From contig CAZTGO010000010.1 of NCBI GenBank assembly GCA_964613395.1, forward strand, positions 794 through 64,793: a DNA stretch of 64,000 nt, read 5' to 3'. The translations under genes were made by a program, and so were the position numbers. This document shows positions 27,481 through 36,534 of the stretch, one piece after another; position 1 is the first letter of the stretch, and each line of letters opens with the position of its first letter. Source of the DNA: an uncultured Candidatus Poseidoniales archaeon (GTDB taxonomy: Archaea > Thermoplasmatota > Poseidoniia > Poseidoniales > Poseidoniaceae). The notes beneath the pieces are model-generated. The model was not told where the DNA came from. It saw only the letters and a list, made by a program, of their open reading frames with translations, and searched no databases.

Positions 27481-30264
27481 TCATTCGAATTGAGCACCAC
27501 AGACGTTGCACTCATTTGCACTCGCATCGATCTCGGCACCACAAGCACCACATTCGGCCGTTTCCTTCTTTTGTCGAGCCGGCCTTCTTCGGTTTGGACG
27601 TTTTCGCTTAGGTGATAATTCGTCATCTACATCATCACCAAGTTTTGACATTGGCATATCATCTTCTTCAATTGTAAAGTCCATTGAGGCTTCTTGAACC
27701 TCATTTCCTGCGAGGGAGGAATCACTGATTTGCATGCCCACTTGCACTTTTTCACCAGGCCGTACACCCTCTTCACCAGTAATTTCGAAGAGTTGTTCAC
27801 GGATATGAGCATCGGAGGCTGAGAGTTCAGAATCGTCTTCTTTGACGGCCTTCATCGATTTCTTACCTTTGATAATCGCATCGATGTCGTGCTCTGCAGA
27901 GGAGGATTTTCGAATTGTTGTGGTCACTTGAGATTTGTATGCCTCAAGTTCTTCTTCGGTCATTTCTTCTTCTGCAATCACGTCTGCATTTCTTCGGTCA
28001 TATGCAGCTTCAACTTCGGCTTCAGCAGCTTCAATGTTTTCATCCCATTCTTCCTCAAGTTGTACTTCATCATATCCAAATTCTCGAATAGTTTCGTCAA
28101 AGTTTTCTTGACCTGTAACGATTTCATCCTCGTCTTCTTCTTCATCTTCTGGGAGTGCGACGAAGGTTTTCTGAGCCTTTGGTTCTCTTCGTTCGCGGCG
28201 TTCAAAGAATGAGGCGACGTCTTGAATTGCACCACAATAAGCACAATTCTCGATGAGATCTGGAATAGACTCACCACATTCGTGACAATCGTGGAATTGA
28301 TTTCTTGCCTTCTTCAAATTAAATGAACAATGTGGACAACGGTCTTCGCCTCCTTCTAACTCCCCATCACATGCAGGACAGTAATCGAATATATCTCGTT
28401 CAACTTCCTCTTCTCTCTCGCGTGTGAGCAGATATGCTGCGATGAGAATACCGACGAGAACTAGTGCACTGAATCCTAAGATTGTTGCAGTTCCCGAGGA
28501 AGATGCGTCGCCTTCCGCATTGTTCCCATTGGGGTTAATGGTTTGGTATGACCTTGAGAGTGAATCAATGGCATTCGTGTTGTCGGGAATAATTTTGATG
28601 TTTGAAATTGAGGCGAGCGCCATAAATTGACACTGAATGTTCTTTCGTTCCCTTTCTTCATCAATTGAAAGTGAGACAACGATATCAGTGTCACCTTGTT
28701 CATCGATGCATGTCATGTTGATTGGACCCGTTGACGATTGCGCTGTTACATCGATTGAAAGAGTATACATATTTCCATGCCTGAGGGGGAATGTTGCATT
28801 TTCTCCTTCTTCGTCGAGAACTTGCAATGATGCATAATCCCATTTGAGTTTCAATGGTGAATTAACATTGATTGAACCTGTTGATACCGAGTTGGACAAA
28901 TCTGCATCGAAACTACCCTGGTCAGCAACCCATGATGCGTTGAAAACAGCAATGTGCTGCCCTAAGCCAGCATCCAATTCAACTTGGACGAATTCTGTTT
29001 TTCCAGCTTCAAATGGTGCAATTCGAATGGAGAGTACAGGGCCATCATCAAATTTGTAGTACAAAAAGCCACTCACATCTAAATCACCATTGTTTGTTAT
29101 GGTCATCAACCAAGATACGCTTTCACCAGCGTCAACTGAGGTTACATTTGCAATTGGTGGGTCCAACACTACGTCTGGAACTTCACTAATATTCAATGTC
29201 GTTGTCGCTACATCGTTATCCGTTCGCTCTTGCACAATACCTGCATCGTTAATTGAGTTGATTTTTGCAGTGACAATATGTTGGCCCGGAGGAAGTAAAT
29301 CAAGTGAGAATTCGTTGGTGAATGGCTGCTCAACCAATGCGCCACCCGACAAAGTAACCTGGAAATGATTGGTCCTCAGTGTACCACCTGATGGATTTGG
29401 AATTTCCAGTTGAAGTGAAACCGTGGTCGTCCCCTCGCCATTACTGCGAACGAGTGCACCCGAAACACTCCATGGACCTTCGAAAACATTGCCAACGGTT
29501 GTGATTGTAATGCCATCTTTGAAGTACAAATCCATGTGTGGAATGACGGTGATTTCGAGCGTTTTTGCTTTGTTTGTCTCTGAACCCTCCTCAATATCGT
29601 TGTTGATATCGGGTGTTGCAATGATTTCATGGGTGCCTGTTTGAGGTGCAATCGTTGATACATTGAGCCACGTTTCTTCACCTGCAGCAAGCGCTGGTGT
29701 TGCGAGATACTGGTCTGTCTGATCGGGCACTTGAAGGAGGAGTGTGCTTTGCTCAGCGTCAATTGTACCCGTATTTTTCACTCGCATTGCAACCTCAATT
29801 GTGTCTCCTGAACGAATTGAATCCGAAGGCGTCGTCTCGAGGTCCATCACTCGTAGTGTTGGTAATCCTAAGACATTGAAATCGTAGTAAAAACTAGCAG
29901 CACTCGAACCATCTGCGAATCTAAACCAAAGTCTCTGGTCGCCTTCGGGTAACTTATCCCATGTTGCACTGACGATTTCTGATTCTCCTGCTTGAATGTC
30001 GATGACATTACCGCCACCCATCAATAATTCTCCATTTAGAGCACTCTTGAAAAATTCATATTGAACATCGAAAACATCGACCGTACCGACATTTGTGAGG
30101 ATGATGGAAAAGGTCGCCTCACCGCCGACAACCGGTTGATTTGGTGTCATGTTTAGTTGTGCGGATGATGACTCAATGTTTCCACTCGATTCGGCTGAAC
30201 CCGTATGAATTAGAAGCGGGAGTAGAAATAAACATGCAAGAAGCACGCCTTTCTTCTGCTGCAT
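27481..30264 (-). CDS. Type-I membrane surface protein: signal peptide, multiple CARDB-like beta-sandwich repeats, TM helix, 313-aa cytoplasmic tail with three zinc ribbons
   Basis: Signal MQQKKGVLLACLFLLPLLIHTGSA. Repeated motifs of the form GE..tf...v.N.G...v (for example GGEATFSIILTNVGTVDV and GESVSWLMTITNNGDLDV). TM ILGFSALVLVGILIAAYLL. Tail ribbons are CPACDG..CPHC, CHECG..CAYCG and CGACG..CNVCG. Confidence 0.8.
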   Translation of the reverse strand: MQQKKGVLLACLFLLPLLIHTGSAESSGNIESSSAQLNMTPNQPVVGGEATFSIILTNVGTVDVFDVQYEFFKSALNGELLMGGGNVIDIQAGESEIVSATWDKLPEGDQRLWFRFADGSSAASFYYDFNVLGLPTLRVMDLETTPSDSIRSGDTIEVAMRVKNTGTIDAEQSTLLLQVPDQTDQYLATPALAAGEETWLNVSTIAPQTGTHEIIATPDINNDIEEGSETNKAKTLEITVIPHMDLYFKDGITITTVGNVFEGPWSVSGALVRSNGEGTTTVSLQLEIPNPSGGTLRTNHFQVTLSGGALVEQPFTNEFSLDLLPPGQHIVTAKINSINDAGIVQERTDNDVATTTLNISEVPDVVLDPPIANVTSVDAGESVSWLMTITNNGDLDVSGFLYYKFDDGPVLSIRIAPFEAGKTEFVQVELDAGLGQHIAVFNASWVADQGSFDADLSNSVSTGSINVNSPLKLKWDYASLQVLDEEGENATFPLRHGNMYTLSIDVTAQSSTGPINMTCIDEQGDTDIVVSLSIDEERERKNIQCQFMALASISNIKIIPDNTNAIDSLSRSYQTINPNGNNAEGDASSSGTATILGFSALVLVGILIAAYLLTREREEEVERDIFDYCPACDGELEGGEDRCPHCSFNLKKARNQFHDCHECGESIPDLIENCAYCGAIQDVASFFERRERREPKAQKTFVALPEDEEEDEDEIVTGQENFDETIREFGYDEVQLEEEWDENIEAAEAEVEAAYDRRNADVIAEEEMTEEELEAYKSQVTTTIRKSSSAEHDIDAIIKGKKSMKAVKEDDSELSASDAHIREQLFEITGEEGVRPGEKVQVGMQISDSSLAGNEVQEASMDFTIEEDDMPMSKLGDDVDDELSPKRKRPNRRRPARQKKETAECGACGAEIDASANECNVCGAQFE

Positions 30265-30401
30265 GGTACTACTAAACTATGCAAAGCACTTGAACCCATC
30301 TCTTGATTTTATCATTCTAACGTGAATGGGAGAGGTTTGATTGCACTCTATGTGAACAAAACAAGGGGAGAATTCAAGGAGAATGTGTCGTCTCCTCAAC
30401 C

Positions 30402-32213
30402 ATGAGCCGGTATGTATCCATGCATTTGGTCCTGCTCCTGCTCATCACGACATTTGCCAACACCCTGCAAAACGATATGCATTACCTCGATGATAACGAG
30501 GTTCGGCAAACATCATCAAGTCTTGAGTTCGCATTCAACAATGCACCTGAGGCTGACGAGGAAATTACTGGCTCAATGGTTCTGTCTTTTACAGTGAGTG
30601 GAACCGGCACGGCAGAGTCAATTCTTCTCGAAATATCTGATGATAATGCATCGTTTACAACTGTCAAAAACATCACCTCATCACCTTGGATTACATATTT
30701 TGATTCAACGTTGCACGCTAACGACACCTATGTCTTGAGGGCAACGCTATGGGACAGCGATGTGAGTGATTCCGTTGTCGCATTCAGTGAAACGTTCTCA
30801 ATCGTGAATCAAGTTCCAATCATCACCCAATTTGAAGCACTCAACCCCTCCTACGGAACTGGTGCTTCAAGCACTGACCGAGCATGGTACAACATTGATT
30901 CAAACGGCAGCATCAGTTTCTCATGGCAGGCATCGGATGATGACCTCAAACAAGCGACCCTCACCGCTGTCCCTGGTCCCGGTACACCTTCGACTGATGG
31001 GCCTTCAAACATAAATTACGGATGGACATGGGCGAGTGGGGCAATGAGTGAAGGCATTTGGAGCCCTCGACTCACTGTTTACGATTATTCTGGTTACACC
31101 GCAACCGAAGTGATTTACATCGGCATCGATCGTACCGCACCGACGATTGGGACGTTAACAATTGGTTCTGGCTCCACCTGGCAAAACTCAGAATCGATTA
31201 CCATTTCAGGACTGCAAACTGCTATCTCTGACGGAACTGGTTCGGGGGTATCGTACGTAGAATACAAGCTCCCAACAGAATCGATGTGGACGCAAACCAC
31301 AAGTGATACTGTGACTCTAACCTTTGAAGAAGGGACAACAAATATCTCGATTCGAGCAGTCGACCGTGTTGGCAATGTTGGTGTTGAACAATTCATTTCC
31401 ATTAATGTTGACACCTCTGCACCAGAATTCGATGATTGGATTGTGGACCCACTGGAAACCGACCGTCAAGGACTTGCGAATGTTAGTGCGGTCGCATTTG
31501 ATGCATTCTCCGGCATCGACGATTCATCGAGTTATATCCAATACGGCTTTGACAGGAATGGCGTCGGTGATGTTCCAGATTTATCTGGACGATGGATTAC
31601 AGTTGGGACAAATGGTCTAGATGCTCAAGTCGGGTTGTCAAACTGGGCATCAAAATCACGCCAATACCTCATGGTTCGAGCAGTGATTTACGATAACGCA
31701 TCGAATTCATTCACAACTGAACCTTCGGCATTCCAAATACTTCCTTCGATTGATTTCTCATGGAATTTGTCAGAAACAAACATTGACAGAATTATTGTTC
31801 GACCTGGCGAACGCTCTGGCAATATCACGATCACAAGTGTCCTTGAACACAACAAACAATTTGGTGGAACCGTCATGGTTCGACTCGAATCTGCTCCTGC
31901 GGACAGGTCCGCTTCTGTTTCATGGACAGTGCTTGAAACGCGTTCAGTTACCGTGAGTAATCAAGAGGCGGGCAATGTTACGCTGATTTGGAATTATACC
32001 GTGCCAAACACTGGACAGTTTGACCTTCGGCTCACGATTGACCATGTGAACGTGATTGATGAATTCAATGAAGCGAACAACTATCATTACCTCGTCGTTA
32101 CAGGGGCATCAATCAACAATCCCGGTTCTGTACCTTCTTTTGCACCATCGATACTCGTCCTTGTTTTAGCTGGTTTCTTTATTTCAAGATGGCAGAGAAA
32201 AACAACGGATTGA
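30402..32213 (+). CDS. Secreted, C-terminally anchored surface protein with Ig-like and CARDB-like domains
   Basis: A signal peptide; IGIDRTAPTIGTL and VDTSAPEF (Ig-like repeat boundaries); NVIDEFNEANNY (CARDB end motif); and a C-terminal PSFAPSILVLVLAGFFISRWQRK anchor. Confidence 0.8.
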   Translation: MSRYVSMHLVLLLLITTFANTLQNDMHYLDDNEVRQTSSSLEFAFNNAPEADEEITGSMVLSFTVSGTGTAESILLEISDDNASFTTVKNITSSPWITYFDSTLHANDTYVLRATLWDSDVSDSVVAFSETFSIVNQVPIITQFEALNPSYGTGASSTDRAWYNIDSNGSISFSWQASDDDLKQATLTAVPGPGTPSTDGPSNINYGWTWASGAMSEGIWSPRLTVYDYSGYTATEVIYIGIDRTAPTIGTLTIGSGSTWQNSESITISGLQTAISDGTGSGVSYVEYKLPTESMWTQTTSDTVTLTFEEGTTNISIRAVDRVGNVGVEQFISINVDTSAPEFDDWIVDPLETDRQGLANVSAVAFDAFSGIDDSSSYIQYGFDRNGVGDVPDLSGRWITVGTNGLDAQVGLSNWASKSRQYLMVRAVIYDNASNSFTTEPSAFQILPSIDFSWNLSETNIDRIIVRPGERSGNITITSVLEHNKQFGGTVMVRLESAPADRSASVSWTVLETRSVTVSNQEAGNVTLIWNYTVPNTGQFDLRLTIDHVNVIDEFNEANNYHYLVVTGASINNPGSVPSFAPSILVLVLAGFFISRWQRKTTD

Positions 32214-32238
32214 AAAACAAAAGCGATTCCGTACCATC

Positions 32239-32988
32239 ATGCGACAGACACTTCCACGTGTTCCAAAGGACAGAATTGCTGTCCTCATTGGCTCGAAAGG
32301 AGCGACTGTGAAGTCCATACGGGATGCTTGTGGTTGTCAACGCATCGAGGTCGACTCAGAGTCCGGTGATGTCGAAGTCATTTGGGGAGAAAGCGGGACC
32401 TATGACCCTATTCGTGCATTAAAACTGCCCGATGTCATCAAGGCTATAGGTCGTGGAATGTCACCAACATCCGCCATTCGGTTGTTGGATGACCACCATT
32501 TTTTTGAAATGGTGGACCTTAGAGACTTCGTTGGTAAACGATCAAACCAACAACGACGTATTCGAGCACGAATTATTGGCAGAGAAGGAAAAATTCGATC
32601 GAGGATTGAACAACTTACGAATACGGAAATCAGCATCTACAACTCTACTGTTGTCATTATCGGGGAAGAAGACGGATTATACTCCGCCCGTCACGCAATC
32701 GAAATGCTCGCAGGAGGCTCTGAACACGGTAGCGTCATTCATTTTTTGGAGAAGGACAGGAGACGTGCTCGAATCCAAGGTCGATCGCTTGAAATGCTTG
32801 AAACCCGTGAAGAATTCGTCAATACATCAACTCAAAATTTCGAAGACCTTGTTCCTGGATTAAACCTTGCAGCAGACCGGCGAAATCGACGAATGAAGGC
32901 ATCGCAAGTCGATCCAACAAATCCAGAGGAAGTCGAGGAAGTTATGGAACTTGCAGACGATGAACGAATTGTCTGGGAAGAAGAATAA
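32239..32988 (+). CDS. KH-domain RNA-binding protein (archaeal Dim2/Pno1-like) with acidic C-terminal extension
   Basis: Two KH blocks: IAVLIGSKGATVKSIRD and RIIGREGKIRSRIEQLTNTEISI...ARHAIEML. It neighbours rio1 and aIF-1A, as in many archaea. Confidence 0.85.
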   Translation: MRQTLPRVPKDRIAVLIGSKGATVKSIRDACGCQRIEVDSESGDVEVIWGESGTYDPIRALKLPDVIKAIGRGMSPTSAIRLLDDHHFFEMVDLRDFVGKRSNQQRRIRARIIGREGKIRSRIEQLTNTEISIYNSTVVIIGEEDGLYSARHAIEMLAGGSEHGSVIHFLEKDRRRARIQGRSLEMLETREEFVNTSTQNFEDLVPGLNLAADRRNRRMKASQVDPTNPEEVEEVMELADDERIVWEEE

Positions 32989-33957
32989 TTATTTCATTGA
33001 GTACTTCGAGACATCGAGGTTCAAAACATCGTACATACAATCTGCAACATCTGTTTCGACACCCATCTTTTGAGCCCAGTCAACCAGATTCTTGACATCT
33101 CGAACGAGAAATTCTTGTGCCTTTGGGTGGGTAGCAATAACTGCTTGACCTACATCAATCACCACTGGACGATTATCATGATACAAAATGTTGTATGGAG
33201 AAAAATCTCCGTGCACAAGTTCCGAGCATTGCCAAGATACAGCAAGAAATTCCACGAGTTCTGCAAAGATTTTTGCTGGATCTTCAATGTGAACCTCCCT
33301 TAATTTAGGTGAAGGAGCGTCCTTCGTACCAACATATTCCATAACGAGTACATTCTTGTGAACACCTAGCGGGGCTGGAACGTGTAACCCCCACTTATGC
33401 ATCCGAGTCAAATTTCGAAACTCTTTTCTTACCCATATCTCAACAAGATCTCGGTGTTTTTTCTTGATATTTTTAAATCGCATATCACCTTCAATGTATT
33501 GAACGAGATTTTTGAAAACTGCATTTGATGTGTGGAATATTTTGACTGCGACCTCCTTACCTTCAATCGAAGTTCCATGAAACACATGTGCTTCTTTTCC
33601 TCGTGCGATTGGGTAATCGATGGTATCCACGACACCACTTTTCATCAATTTAAACAAAGCCATAAGGGTTAGACGGTCGAAAACTTGGTCGAAAACACGG
33701 CGGTCAACCCACTCAAATTGCCCTTTACCTAGAACACCTTGAATCCCTGATTCAATTTCATTAAACATTGAACTGAAGCGTTTCTCTTTCATCCAAGCAA
33801 ATGTCCCTGCTTCTGTTTCAAGCGATTTGACAAACTTCGCACCTTCAGCTTCGATGAACTCAGCGTCAAGTCGTTCCTCTTCAGAGGAATATTGTTTTTT
33901 CTTTTTTCCCTTTTTCCGACGCGGACGGATTTCATCCCAGTGCTCATCCACGCCCAT
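32989..33957 (-). CDS. rio1: RIO-type serine/threonine protein kinase (Rio1-like)
   Basis: GKEAHVFHG...VAVKIF (ATP Lys), LVHGDFSPYNIL (catalytic loop) and VIDVGQAV (metal-binding D). There is no N-terminal wHTH, so it is Rio1 rather than Rio2. Confidence 0.9.
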   Translation of the reverse strand: MGVDEHWDEIRPRRKKGKKKKQYSSEEERLDAEFIEAEGAKFVKSLETEAGTFAWMKEKRFSSMFNEIESGIQGVLGKGQFEWVDRRVFDQVFDRLTLMALFKLMKSGVVDTIDYPIARGKEAHVFHGTSIEGKEVAVKIFHTSNAVFKNLVQYIEGDMRFKNIKKKHRDLVEIWVRKEFRNLTRMHKWGLHVPAPLGVHKNVLVMEYVGTKDAPSPKLREVHIEDPAKIFAELVEFLAVSWQCSELVHGDFSPYNILYHDNRPVVIDVGQAVIATHPKAQEFLVRDVKNLVDWAQKMGVETDVADCMYDVLNLDVSKYSMK

Positions 33958-33974
33958 ACTTGAGCCTCATGGTG

Positions 33975-34730
33975 TTAGGAAAAAAGTGCATCGATGTCGT
34001 CGTCGTTGTCATCATCTGACTCTGTTAACCCCTGTTCTTCTTCAGGATACTCTTCTTTCACGACAAAGACCTCTTCTTCCTCGACTATTTCATCAGCATT
34101 TTCGATTGATGTATCACTCAATTCTGCTTCTGATTCGTTGTTGTCTGCAAAGATGTCGTCGTCATCTTCATCGGCGGCGAACATATCGTCTTCGTCGTCA
34201 TCAGCAAATAAATCGTCTTCATCCTCATCCGAAGCAAACATGTCATCTTGGTCCTCAAATTCTTGGTCTTCAGAGATAACCTCGCTATCTTCTTCATCAA
34301 ACGACGTCATGCTAGATGCGAAGAGGTCGTCATCGCCCTCTTCATCAACCCGAACATCCATACCGAAATCATCGACCACCTCGTTCAATAGACCTTTGCG
34401 GGAAAGATACATTGCTTGAGTTTTCGTATAGCGGTGTTTTACATCCGCTTTCGAAGGTTGAAAATCCCATGGCCAAACAATGATCAAATCATTTTCACGA
34501 ACCCATTGCCTACGTCGCATTTTTCCGGGGATTCTCGCCATTCGCTCTTCACCGTCTTCACAGAGTACAGTTACGCGACGACCACCGAGAATTTGTTTTG
34601 CGAGGGCGAACATTTCATTGATTCGCTTATCAGGCATTTTGACACGAATGTTGGTCTCACCTTGACCTCCATCCTCTTCAAGTCGTGCAAGTTCCTCTGC
34701 ATCGACTTTTTCTTCATGCCTTCTACCCAA
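33975..34730 (-). CDS. eif1a: Translation initiation factor aIF-1A with about 135-aa hyper-acidic C-terminal tail
   Basis: IRVKMPDKRINEMFALAKQILGGRRVTVLCEDGEERMARIPGKMRRRQWVRENDLIIVWPW...HRYTKTQ is the S1/OB core of a/eIF1A. The only start upstream of the conserved N-terminus is TTG at 34730. Confidence 0.9.
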   Translation of the reverse strand: MGRRHEEKVDAEELARLEEDGGQGETNIRVKMPDKRINEMFALAKQILGGRRVTVLCEDGEERMARIPGKMRRRQWVRENDLIIVWPWDFQPSKADVKHRYTKTQAMYLSRKGLLNEVVDDFGMDVRVDEEGDDDLFASSMTSFDEEDSEVISEDQEFEDQDDMFASDEDEDDLFADDDEDDMFAADEDDDDIFADNNESEAELSDTSIENADEIVEEEEVFVVKEEYPEEEQGLTESDDDNDDDIDALFS

Positions 34731-34802
34731 GAACGCTCACCATTTACTCCCAAACGACAACCCTTCTTGAAGCCATCACATGATTTACACGTGATTTTCA
34801 AG

Positions 34803-36533
34803 TTAGTTCTGCCATGAAGCCTGCAATGCATCGGCAGCACTTTGACAAACTTCGATGAGACCATCGGATGAAATACCAAAGTAAAGGGTTAGGGTTAGAC
34901 AGGCGATAATGGCAAGTCGAACAGAGTTACCCTGCGGCAGCAGTGTTTTTCCTTCTGGAGCGTCATGGAAGAACATAACAATACCCACTCTTAAGTAATA
35001 ATACACAGAAATTGCAGAGTTAATGACCATGACAAGTGCGAGATACCAAACCCAGTGAATGTCGGAGAATGATATTGACTCACCATTTGCTATTGCTGCC
35101 CCAATATCGCCTGCTGCAACCTTGACAATACCCATAATCACAAGGAGTTTCGACATAAAACCTGCGAGTGGAGGGACGCCGGCAAGTGAGAGCATGAAGA
35201 TGAACATGGTCACTGCTAAGAACGGTTCTCTCTTTGCTAGTCCGCCAAGTGATTCAAGTGTGTGGCCTCCTCCTTCTTGTTCAAGGATTGAGATGACCAA
35301 GAATGCACCCAGTTTGAAACAAACGAGGACGATCATGTGGAACATTAGGGCAGTGAGCACCATTGCGGCTGCTTCTGCCGCATCACCTGAAAGTGATTCA
35401 CTCCAATTCCATGCACCAACGGCTGTAAGTGCTGCAAGCATATATCCTGCATGAGCAACTGATGAATATGCGAGCATTCGTTTTGGGTTGGTTGAGCCAA
35501 GAGCAGCAAGATTACCCCAAGTCATTGTAACGACGGAAAAGACACCGAGTGCGACAAGCCAAACCGAACCATCATCCGACATATCAGGTGAAGCGAGGAC
35601 GAGAAGGATTCGAATTAAACCAACCATTCCCATCGCTTTGCTTGCGGTTGCAAGAACACCTGCAATCGGGCTCATGGAGCCTGCGTAAGCGTCAGGTGCT
35701 GCAAAGTGGAACGGCGCTGCACTGACCTTGAAGCCAAAGCCGACCAGGATGAAACCTAGGGCAATGAGTGGAAGTGCATCCAATCCATCTGCGGCAAATT
35801 TGTCACTCAAGACATCAAATTGAAGTGAGCCTGACCAAAGGTACAGGAGTGATAATCCGTACAAACCAACTCCCGAAGCGACCGAACCAACGATGAAATA
35901 CTTCATTCCGGCTTCTGTACCCTCTTTGCTCTCCTTGAGGAAACTGACCAAGATGTAAGTTGAGAATGACGCCAATTCAAGACCGATAAACAAGAAGAAC
36001 AAGTCCTGTGAAAGAGCTACGATGGACATGCCGATTGCTGTTGTCATCATAAGAATGTAAAAATCTGCTTGCCTTCGATTGTTATAGAGACCCTGAGCGG
36101 TTCGATCATCTGAGGAGTAGGGGGCGAGTCGATTCATTGATGCGATGCATGCAAGTGCAATAGCCCCAAAGAAAATCAATTCAAACAGTCGACTAAATTC
36201 GTTGATGGTGAGAAGGTTGTGACCTGAAGCGGATGTCACCTCAACCCTGTGCATACCACCGACAAATGACAAAAGTGTCAGGATGAAGGCTATTGAGGTA
36301 AAAACAGAGGCAAGAAGGCCTGGTAGGTGCGGATTTTGTTCAAATTTGTTTCGTTTTCCGCCAAAGAACCACGGTAGACGAACATTCGTGAGAGGTAGTC
36401 TAAATTTACCATCACCGAGATTTGGAACGATGATGAGCACGAGTAAACCCACAAAAATAGTCATCTCAGGAGCAAATGCTTCAATGAAGCCTTCACCAAA
36501 GGGTTGCATTGTTTTTGTTGATGCGTTGCTCAT
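34803..36533 (-). CDS. nuoN: NADH-quinone oxidoreductase subunit N
   Basis: The last gene of the nuo operon. An antiporter-like multi-TM protein with APFHFAAPDAYAGSMSPIAGVLATASK. The ATG at 36533 lies 1 nt after the nuoM stop. Confidence 0.9.
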   Translation of the reverse strand: MSNASTKTMQPFGEGFIEAFAPEMTIFVGLLVLIIVPNLGDGKFRLPLTNVRLPWFFGGKRNKFEQNPHLPGLLASVFTSIAFILTLLSFVGGMHRVEVTSASGHNLLTINEFSRLFELIFFGAIALACIASMNRLAPYSSDDRTAQGLYNNRRQADFYILMMTTAIGMSIVALSQDLFFLFIGLELASFSTYILVSFLKESKEGTEAGMKYFIVGSVASGVGLYGLSLLYLWSGSLQFDVLSDKFAADGLDALPLIALGFILVGFGFKVSAAPFHFAAPDAYAGSMSPIAGVLATASKAMGMVGLIRILLVLASPDMSDDGSVWLVALGVFSVVTMTWGNLAALGSTNPKRMLAYSSVAHAGYMLAALTAVGAWNWSESLSGDAAEAAAMVLTALMFHMIVLVCFKLGAFLVISILEQEGGGHTLESLGGLAKREPFLAVTMFIFMLSLAGVPPLAGFMSKLLVIMGIVKVAAGDIGAAIANGESISFSDIHWVWYLALVMVINSAISVYYYLRVGIVMFFHDAPEGKTLLPQGNSVRLAIIACLTLTLYFGISSDGLIEVCQSAADALQASWQN

Positions 36534-36534
36534 A

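Noticed and set aside
27889-28212. A Phe/Cys-rich 107-aa plus-strand ORF.
   Set aside because: It is antisense to the Glu/Asp-rich cytoplasmic tail of the 927-aa surface protein, and it is the same complement artefact.
33994-34419. A Ser-rich 141-aa plus-strand ORF, together with other antisense ORFs across 33.8-34.8 kb.
   Set aside because: It is a mirror image of the GAT/GAA/GAC-rich acidic tail of aIF-1A on the minus strand. Low-complexity complement frames stay open by chance.
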